A stretch of DNA of 64,000 nt from Raja brachyura (Eukaryota). Of the stretch, positions 10,909 to 64,000 are shown piece by piece; within the stretch, counting starts at the first letter, position 1; the number at the start of each line of letters is the position of its first letter. The translations under genes and the position numbers were made by a program. The stretch is from assembly GCA_963514005.1 (NCBI GenBank), contig OY740796.1, forward strand, positions 18,786,001 to 18,850,000, given 5' to 3'. The notes beneath the pieces were generated by a model. The model was not told where the DNA came from and made no database searches. It worked only from the letters and a program-made list of their open reading frames with translations.

Positions 10909-12286
10909 GATGTTTTAAGAAAAAACCACGTCCCATTTTCAGTTTTATTGTAGGGACTTACACCTTGCAAAACAGGCAGGAGATTTTTTATCCAGACAAG
11001 TGGAGATATTCCATCATGCTCTTGACTTGAAGATAATTGAAAGACATCAGAGTATCAGGTGGTTTGATTTCTGCTGCAGCATCAGACCTGTTCTGTAGCC
11101 ATGTGGCCTATAGACAGTTAGCCCCCACTGAGCAACTTCTGCGTTCGCAGGATGTTGTCAGTGGGATAATTAGCAGTCATAATTCAATTGAACACCAAGG
11201 CATACAGGTTAGACTAAACACAAAATGCTGGAGTAATTCAGCAGAGCAGGCAACATTACCGGAGAGAAGGAATGGGTGACGTTTTGGATCGGGACTTCTT
11301 CAGACAGAGCCCATAGTTCTCCGACTAGTTTCACTGTCCTGATTAATTTTACTGTTTGTATGCCACCTTCCCCTCAGCTAACAATCAATCATTCTACATT
11401 TCCTTATCACCAACTGCTTTGAAATGTCATTTTCACACCTTGCCCCTTCATATCACTAGACTTTGTCTCCACTGACTCAGTCTGAAGGGTCTCAACCCAA
11501 AATGTTATCCATTCCTTCTCTCCAGAGATGCTGCCTGTCCCACTGAGTTACTCCAGCATTTCGTGTCCATCTTCAGTGTAAACCAGCATCTGCAGTTCCT
11601 TCCTACACATGGTTAGACGCGTGCTTGGTGGATGTTTAAAGGCATAAATGCTACTTGCCATTTACAGATCCGTGTCTGAATGAGAAGCAGTTTTCGCTGT
11701 ATATGTATGGTTTAATTTGCTGAGGATTTTCATGTGGATTTGATGTTAAGAGATATAACAGGGTATCTGGTGGAGGTGGTATTTTAAAGAAAGCTGATAT
11801 TTGAGGACTGGTATAATATAGTCTTCTTTTATTCCATGTGAGTACCAATTTCGTTTTTGGGTGATACACGAGTAAAAGTTAGTTTCACCTGAATGTCAGA
11901 GAAATACGGGTTTCTTTCCAAGCTTCAATTTCTTTCCAAGGTTTCATTCAAGCAAAAAAAAAACTAGAGTTATGTATTTTAAACTGGCACACTTTTTCAT
12001 GGATAGCAAAATGACATAGAGTAACAGCAATCATCTTTTATATCCCAAACATTCTTCAGTCATCTCCTTTAGCATGGGTTTGTGGAGATGATTACAAAAT
12101 AATACCAGGGTTAGATAACAGCATGTTCTATTGCAGTGAGCTGCTGGATCCCTTTTTCCCCTCCCCCCATAGCTTACCAGGAGTCTCAGCTATAGACAGC
12201 GATGCATCAGGGAGATAAAAATTACCCAGGCAGTTGCAGGAGGCAAACATTTCTTATTTGCCCACTGACCCATTGTACACAAGTCA

Positions 12287-15200
12287 CAGTGCCCTCCATA
12301 ATGTTTGGGACAAAGACCCTTTATTTAATTATTTGCCTCTACTCCACAATTGGAGATTTGTAATAGAAAAAAAAATCACATGTGTTTAAAGTGCACATTG
12401 TCAGGTTTTTAAAGGCAATTTTTATACATGTTGGTTTCACCATGTCAAAATTACAGCAGTGTTTGTACATAGCCCCCCCCCCCCCCCCCCACCCCCACCC
12501 ATTTCAGGGCACCATGTGTGGGACACAGCAATGTCATGTAAATAAAAGTAGTAATGTTTAGTATTTTGGTGCATACTCTTTGCATGCAATGACTGCTTGA
12601 AGTCTGCAATTCATGGACATCACCAGTTGCTAGGTGTCTTCTCTGGCAATGCTCTGCCAGGCCTGTAGTGCAGCCATCTTTAGCTGATGCGTGTTTTGGG
12701 GGCTAGTCTCCTTCAGTTTTCTCTTTAGCATATAAAAAGCACGCTCAATCGGGTGATTGACTTGGCCACTCAAGAATTGACAATTTTTTTAGCTTTGAAA
12801 AACTCATTTGTTGCTTCAGCAATATGTTTGGGATCATTGTCTTGCTGTAGAATGAATCACCAGCCAATGAGTTTTGAGGCATTTGTTTGAACTTGAGCAG
12901 ATAGGATGTGTCCATACACTTCAGAATTTATTATGCTACTACCATCAGCAGTTACATCATCATTGAAGATAAACGAGCAAGTACCTTCAGCAGCCATACA
13001 TGCCCAGGCTATAACACCCCCACCACTGTATTTCACAGATGAGGTGGTATGCTTTGGATCTTGGGCAGTTCCTTCCCTCCTCCATACTTTGCTCTTGCCA
13101 ACACTCCATATAAGTTAATCTTCATCTCATCTGTCCATAAGATGTTTTTCCATTCCGAAGAGTGGTTGCTCGTTTAAGTACTTCTTGGCAAACTGTAATC
13201 TGGCCAACCTAGTTTTGCAGCGAGCTAATGGTTTGCATCTTCCAGTGTGGCCTCTGTATTTCTGTTCATGAAGTCTTCTGTGGACAGTGGCCATTGACAA
13301 ATCCACACCTGACTCCTGAAGAGTGTTTCTGATCTGTCGGACAGGTGTTTGGGGATTTTTCTTTATTATAGAGAGAATTCTTCTGTCATCAGCTGTGGAG
13401 GTATTCCTTGGCCTGCCAATCCCTTTGCGATTAATAAACTCATCAGTGCTCTCTTTCTTCTTAATGATGTTCCAAACAGTTGATTTTGGTAAGTCTACGG
13501 TTTGGCTGATGTCTCAAGAGTTTTATTCTTATTTCTCAGTCTCATAATGGCTTCTTTGACTTTCATTTGCACAACTTTGGTTCTCATGTTGATAAATACA
13601 ATAAAAGTTTTCAAAGGTGATGGAAAGACTGTAATGAGTGCTCTTATACCTGGATTAAGAAGGCATATAAACACACCTGACGCCATGTGTCCCAAACATT
13701 ATGGTGCCCTGAAATTGGGAGTGTGGGGGGAACTATGTATAAATGCAGCTGTAATTTCTGCAGGGTGAAAACAAAATGTATAAAAGTGGCCTTTAATAAA
13801 ATCTTTGACTTTCATTGGGACAACTTTGGTTCTCATGTTGATAAACAGCATTAAAAGTTTCAAAAGGTGATGGAAAGAAAGGAGGAAAGACTAGGTGCTG
13901 AGAGCTCTCATACCTGCATTAAGGAGGCAATTATTACACACCTGAGCAGTTACAAACACCTGTGAGCCATGTATCCCAAACATTACGGTGCCTGAAACGG
14001 GGAGACGGATTTTGCTGGGAGGACGGATAACTTGTTTCTTGCTGCAGCAAATATTCTTGGATAAGCGAGTTCGGTATTACAACTGCGCATGCCCAGGTCA
14101 TGGGTCATTTGGGATAAACATTCTCACCTAGTGCGTGTGTGTGTGTGATCTATAATTAGATTTATCCATCAAATATGTCAACAGTAGGCCACAGCGTACT
14201 GCAGGCTGCACAAATCCACAATTGTATCTATTTAAATTAGAGATACTTTGTCGACAGTTGGGGTGGAGGATCTGGGAGAGCGAGGAGCTGGCAATGCCGC
14301 ACAGACGGAACAGTTTAAAAATGACCAACTAAAATCTGCCATTCGGCCACTCGGCAACCTGGGCTGATCTGATCTGACAGCCCTCTCGCGAGCTCGCTGC
14401 GTGCCCAATCCCAACGCGGAACCTCCACAAAACCTTTGGGCTTCGGGTAACACCTGCAGAAAGAGCCTCTGCTAACAAGAGCTGGCGAACTGTGCTGGTC
14501 AACGTGCACTGGGCGAGATGGATTTAATAGAAACGCACCGCAACCACCGCAAACTTGGAACAGCACAGACCCTCTACTCAAACTATCCAATACTAAAGGG
14601 CAGGTATTTCGCAGTTAAATGTCTTATATCAGATTGGCGGCTCCTTCACAGGTCCAACCCTGTACTCAGTTTTCCTCGTAGATGAATCTTTGCCTTAACG
14701 GTACATTCACACCGCCTGTAGGTAAAGCATCAGCCCACATCACACTGATAGTCGCTGCCTGCCTCAGATTAAATATATTATTAAATTATGAATAAAGATA
14801 AGAAAATGGCTCAAACACAAGTAATATCGGTCACATTATCCAGACAGGCGGCAGGGGATCAGGAGCTGATATGAGGCATCGGCGTTGCTCTGGAATCCTA
14901 GTCGGCCGCTGCGGGGTCGAGGAGGCAGCGCCCGGCTCGGATTCCAGAGCATCGCCGATGCCTCGCATCGGCTCCTGATCCCCTGCCGCCTGTCCGGATA
15001 ATGTGACCGATGTTGGCTGAGCTGAAGGTGGGATCCAACCACTCTCACAAAACGCTCGTGTACAACGAGGACGGTAAGATCACTCTGTTCACTCAATGCA
15101 AACTTCAGATCATTTGTTCCTTGCGCCCACAAAAATGCCCGCTCCCATCCATGGTGCAAGTGTAATATGTAGGAAGTCTGAAGGAGGGTCTTCTATCCAG

Positions 15201-15922
15201 ACAACCGCAGAGATCCAGAGGAGAGGTGCCGGCTCCAGCTCGACTCTGCTTACCCCTCCGGCGGGCTGGGCGGGGTTTAGCTAGAGTTGGTGCTTCTTTT
15301 CCGCGCCGCCTGCGGTCCTGGGCTGGCGCGATAGGCAAAGTCTAACTGGAGCCGCCCCCAGGGGATGTTAGGGACGAGACGCAAGTCTGCAGCCGTGCAG
15401 CGGCACAGCTGCTGAGTGTTTTCCCCGAGCGGCCCATGACCTATGCATGTGCAGTCGGAATACCGAACTCGCTTGTTGAGCATGCTTTTTATATGCTGAA
15501 GAGAAAACAGAAGGGGACTAGCCCCCAAAACAAGCATAAGCTAAAGATGGCTGCAATACAGGCCTGGCAGAGCATCACCAGAGAAGACACACGGTTACTG
15601 GTGATGTCCATGAATCGCAGACTTCAAGCAGTCATTGCATGCAATGGATATGCACCAAAATACTAAACATGACTACTTTCATTTACATGACATTGCTGTG
15701 TCCCATACGTTAAAGTGCCCTGAAATGGGGGAGGACTATGTATAAACACTGCTGTAATTTCTACATGGTGAAACCAAAATGTATAAAAATGGCCTTTATT
15801 AAAATCTGACAATGTGCACTTTAACCACATGTGATGTTTTCTATTACAAATCTCAAATTGTGGAGTACAGAGGCAAATAAATAAATGATGGGTCTTTGTC
15901 ACAAACATTATGGAGGGCACTG
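12287..15922 (-). mobile_element. Rearranged Tc1/mariner element with decayed transposase and internal cargo
   Basis: Termini CAGTGCCCTCCATAATGTTTG (12287) and CAAACATTATGGAGGGCACTG|TA (15922), long ~250-bp TIRs. Frameshifted transposase on - at about 12560-13590 (MRTKVVQMKVKEAIMRLRNKNKT...). Partial duplication at 13805-14005; cargo at about 14005-15475; plus-oriented transposase 3' end at 15475-15666. Confidence 0.85.
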
Positions 15923-16786
15923 TAAGTTTTTAAAAAAAGGCCTCTCCAAGAAAGGTCAAAATTGGGTGAAGTGGCAAGGAGGCATAATTAAAAGGTGCAT
16001 TGTATTCTTAAACAGATAATAGTACAAATATCGGCATGATCTGAGACATTAGATGCAAACTGAAAAGCTGGAATGTAATCGTCTGAGCATTTAACCTTTT
16101 AGAAGAATAGATGGAAAGGAAATGAAGGTGGTGCTGTTTTGTTTATTGAAAATGAGATATTTGTGGCAGGGAGATAAAGTGGAGGGCAAGGTGCCACTGT
16201 TGGGAGAGTCCACAGGACCCCTTATACAAACTATACTGCATGACAGTATAAATCCATGGATGATCAAAATCGGAAGAAAACCAAACAGTTGTGATGACAA
16301 TATAATTATAAACAAAGATGGGAGAAATTAACAGGAATGGTACCTTGGATACTGAATGAAAACAAACTGAAACTAAAATATCATTGTTTTTGTAGCAGGT
16401 CGAGGAAAATAATTTCACATTTCAATAATAAGCCAGGATCTGTGGTGTGGCAGAACAAGATGCACATTGTATATTATTCAGATTATGATACTGGAGCCAA
16501 TTTCAATTTACAAAAGATAGATAGAAACAGAGCATCAGAGAGAATTAGAGATGAATTCAAAGGAAAACATTGTGAGAACATTATTCAGGGGAACTGACTA
16601 AAAATGGTCCACAGGACAACTTGGATGGATGTGGATGGTAGTTGATAATATGTTACAGAATTCAGTTACAAATCAGAGGTCATAAATATAATAGTGCATC
16701 AGTTTTTGCCAAAGAATCTCCACAAATATTACCATTCACGTTTCAGCTGAACCTAAATGACAGACGAGTCAACTCCAATCGTCGTC

Positions 16787-16792
16787 TTTATT
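16787..16792 (-). terminator. Candidate USP4 polyadenylation signal (alternative at 17270-17275)
   Basis: AATAAA on the minus strand about 720 nt after the USP4 stop; a second one about 240 nt after the stop. Confidence 0.45.
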
Positions 16793-17514
16793 TAAGTAGA
16801 CATATGTATTAAAACTAGTCACTTACAAAGTGCCAGTTTGGGCAAAAGGACTAGAAGAAACTGATGTAAAATTTACATTACAATACATACACAGCAAACT
16901 TATGCTGGTTTGGATCAGTATCTTACCTGGGGGCTGGAAACCTTTGTTCCTCTGCCACCTATATTACAATATAATATTACAAATTTTAGTATCCCAGTCA
17001 CAATAGTCAAACCACAAATAAACCAGTGCTTTGCTACAAATTTAAAATGCAAGATTTCTGGGATAAGATGCAAGGTGTCATTCATGCAAAGAAATACCAT
17101 TAAACCAATAAGGAAACAATACAAGTGGTTTATGACAAACTTAAAAAAATCCAAATTAATTTGAGAAGGAACTGGGAAAAACTGCAACCCTTTCCGAAAA
17201 TAAACCAAACCAAAAAACCCTGATGTCAAATAGCAGATGAAGAACTTCACTTAAAAATTTCCAAAGCCGTTTATTTTACAGTGCAGTGACATTCATTTCT
17301 TATTCATCAGAAATCATCAGTAGATTCTGAGCCAGAGCACCACTGAACAAAGGTTAACCAACTGACATTCCTGTTCAATCTAGTCATCCAGAATTTGCGT
17401 CTAAAAAGGTGATGCCATCAGGAGGGTTCTCTTTTCTTCCTACTCCCTCGAAGGGAGCCGGTGCTGAGGATACAGAGCAGCACTGTCCAGAAACAGTTTA
17501 TATGTTCTTCTTGC

Positions 17515-60859
<43,345 letters not shown>

Positions 60860-61269
60860 CTGAGAATGGAATACAACACAGCATTAGAAAAAACCCCATC
60901 AGATCATGGAAACAAAAATAAGGATAGGAGCTTTTGCATGAAAGACGCAATGAGTTGATTTTTTTTTATTTTTAATTTTTTTATATGAGACAGGCTCCCA
61001 AATTTTTAGTAACAGTTGAAACTGGCTGGCATTAGGCTCACTGATGATACGCTTTCTGGCAAACTTGTGAACTGAACAAAATATTAAAATCAAAAGAATA
61101 TTAAAGCACTTGTATGCCAACATTTGAACTGCTGCAATCTACTGAGATAGTCAAATTAATTAAATTTGTTAATCCCATTTAGGCGGTCAATGGCCAAGTT
61201 CAGATACTAATTATGCATTTTCTTTTTTTAAATATAAAGAGTGAGCTTTTTAAACTATTCTCAAATATT

Positions 61270-63235
61270 CGGTAATTGAGCAAACAAAGTTTAAGTCAGC
61301 CATTAACTTGCAATTTTAGTTCCTCATTATTTTTCCAACAGGGAATGGTGGTTGTTTTAAATGTATAAATTATTGATAGAGGGTTGAGACAATGAAACAG
61401 AGTTAAGTATTTTGCCTTCAATGCTAGATTTGTTGATGAAAACAATAAAATAGTAACTCGGGCATTAAGAGTAAAGGACTCCAAGGCACATCATGACAGC
61501 ATTCATTTCCATAACTTAATGAAAGAAATTTTGAAAGACTTTGAAATTAAGAAAGACCAGATTTGATGCATTGTCACTGACAATGCTTCAAATATGCTAA
61601 GAACAATGGAAAGGATTAATAAAGTTGAAGAAGAAAAAGTCACTACCCTCGAAAGGAAGATCTCTGATGCAGATTCTGAAACTGAAACAGCAGAAATAGA
61701 GCAGAATAATGAAACTTTAGATGATATTGTTGAGGAGGCATCTCAGCTCTGTCTAATCCAACATATGCGTTGTGCTGTACATATATTGTAGCTAGAAATA
61801 AGAGATGGATTGAAAGAACGCCATGCAGCTTCTCTGATAGGTAAGGGGAGGCAAGTAGCTACAGCAGCCAGGACCTCTAAAATTGATGCTATCCTCCAGA
61901 GACCTGCATGAAAGGGAGCTATTTTGGACCAAGCAACTCGTTGGAGCAGCACACATATGATGGTTAAGCGTTTTCTTGACCTAAAACCCTTTCTAGAAGA
62001 TATTGATAATCCCAGTATCTTACTGGCTAAAAGTCAATGTAGGTTGGTATCACAATTAGAAGCTCTGCTTCCTCACCCTTATGCAGTCACCAAAAATCTG
62101 CAAGCAGGGGATTTTACTCCTGGTACATTCCTATGGGAGTGCAAAAATGTAATATTTCACCTATCCAAAGCTGGAGGATTAATTGCTGAGGTAATTGTAT
62201 CGTCAATGAAGAGAGGAGGGTATGCTACTTGAAAATCAGATCTTGTTAGCTGCTGTCTATGTAGATCCAATGAACCGAATCTTGTTGAGCGAAGATTAAA
62301 AAAGCAAAAGAGGCCCTCTGTGATGTTGCAGTTCGGATAAAAGGGCTACTACCTGAAAAGTCAGAACCACAAAATGAAGATGGGAGTACCAAATCCTTCT
62401 CATCCTCTTCAAATGATGAAGAGCCAGATTTTGCCAAATATTTAGATAACATTGAACAGTCGAGAGCAAAGCATTCCCGTTTAAACGTGCAAAGGCAGCC
62501 TTTTGATGTTAAACTAATGGAATTTAAGCAAGATTTTCTTGGTGGTTTAAAAGTAGAGAAATATGATCACTCATCTAAACTTAAAGTACAAGAAGTCATC
62601 ACTGCCTATCCAGAAATAGTAAAATTTGCAGCTATGATAGTAACAGCCATACCACCCATTCAGGTCATAGTGGAGAAACTGTTCTCCACACTATAAATAA
62701 TTAAATCAGATTTAAGGGCTTCAAAGAAAGGATCTGGCAGAAGCACTTCTGTTCCTAAGGCTGTTATTAATAAATTTTAGGTATGTACTTTTGTAGCCAA
62801 CTTAACTACCTATGCATTTAGTTTTAAGTTCTATTGCACTTGAGATTTTTCTTTGTCATAATTCAGCGCATACCTGTGGCCTTAGTTCAATACATTGGAG
62901 TAATGCTTTTATAATTTTTATTTAATTCAAATGGCATTTTAATGTTGTCATAGTCCTATAGGTAACATTTGTTTTCTGTTTAGCATAATGAATTATGTTT
63001 TTTTTTAAATAAACAATAAAAAATGCCACAATAGCATAGCTACAACCATTAGACTCAAAACTTGGAATTGGGTTTAAAAGGTAACCTGATGATTCATGTA
63101 GTTCTTATGAGATGCCATCTTGTGTATTGTCATCATAGCAGATTTAGAATTATTACACCTAGGGGTCGTAGTTGGATACACAAGAAATCAAGGAGTTGGA
63201 GTTGGGTGTTTTGGGTATCGACTCCACAGCTCTGG
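61270..63235 (+). mobile_element. Decayed hAT transposon (hATx-like), 5'-truncated
   Basis: hAT motifs IVTDNASNM, HMRCAVHIL, DQATRWSST and PPIQVIVEKLFS, with stops and frameshifts; right terminus GGAGTTGGAGTTGG...CGACTCCACAGCTCTG. Confidence 0.85.
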
Positions 63236-64000
63236 TTGATGCTAAAACAATTTATGACTGTTGTAAAACCAAAACTGGTTCACCGATCTCATAATTGCGT
63301 CTAGTTTCACGCTATAAAAACAATATTTAATATATAAGCATTCTAAAAGGTCCTCTGGAAACAACGTTTTTATTTAAAATCTAACATACAAACGTAAGTG
63401 TTTAGTACTCCCAAGTCATTTTATTTCATGACATGCTGCCTTTATTTTTCAATATAAATTAGCTCAAAATTTATGTCTGCAGAATTAAGTACAAATAACC
63501 TGAAAGTCAGATGCTAATAACCCGTACTAATATCTTGTACAGGTTGATCCAGGATATGAATGATCTCTGTTTCTGCAGACATCCATAAGTCAGAAAACAT
63601 ACATCACTTGATATATAACCATACCTCCACTGTATTGTAATGAACGGCATTACTGAAGGTTAATTATTATGAGCATTTATTTATTGCCTTCCCATGCATA
63701 GTTACAATGGTACAGAATTAGGATAGTGCAAGCTCAATGGCTGGATTTGAAGAGCTTGAAGTATCAATGGCTATTACATTATAATAGAGTACTGTTGCAT
63801 AAGTATCAATAGAAGTGATTGCTTGTTAATTCACAAAGCAACTTTAAGTAGGGTCTGAAGAAGGGTTTCAACCCGAAACGTTGCCCATTTCTTTTGCTCC
63901 ATAGATGCCGCCTCACCCGCTGAGTTTCTCCAGCATTTTGTCTACCTTTCTTAAGTTGCCTCCAGTGGTGAATCCGGCAGCCTGTGTTCTTAAGAGACAT

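Noticed and set aside
61270-62750. Domesticated ZBED-like gene
   Set aside because: Multiple stops and frameshifts, a missing 5' part and a retained terminus indicate a dead transposon.
63499-63625. Possible USP4 DUSP exon or C/D snoRNA on the minus strand
   Set aside because: Only a YPG-like tripeptide resembles USP4, the frame has stops, and the box C/D motifs and terminal stem are unconvincing.

Overview
Vertebrate genomic DNA, very probably from a cartilaginous fish (skate/ray/shark), inferred from V-SINE/HE1-like SINEs, HER1/CR1 LINEs and the Penelope-like repeats. Two protein-coding genes face each other tail to tail. (1) A glutathione peroxidase selenoprotein gene (GPX1/2 family) on + has two coding exons, 8728-8952 and 10160-10552, an in-frame Sec TGA at 8845-8847, and a SECIS-like hairpin whose 3' core reads UAAU instead of the canonical UGAN. 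(2) USP4 on - has 19 coding exons from 60859 down to 17515, giving 857 aa plus stop with all splice phases consistent; its 5' exons lie beyond the window. A CpG island at about 5370-5930 looks like a bidirectional promoter, with a minus-strand first exon of an unidentified transcript. The rest is dense with repeats: CR1, Rex/Babar and L1 LINE fragments, V-SINEs, Penelope-like ends with minimal hammerhead motifs, three rearranged Tc1 copies (two carrying fold-back cargo), a decayed hAT transposase, and a TIR element with a 7-bp TSD. I found no clearly new biological system. The best leads are the non-canonical SECIS on an atypically placed GPX, the hairpin cargo in the Tc1 elements, and a possible small divergent gene. 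Repeat boundaries are approximate unless TIRs or TSDs are quoted.
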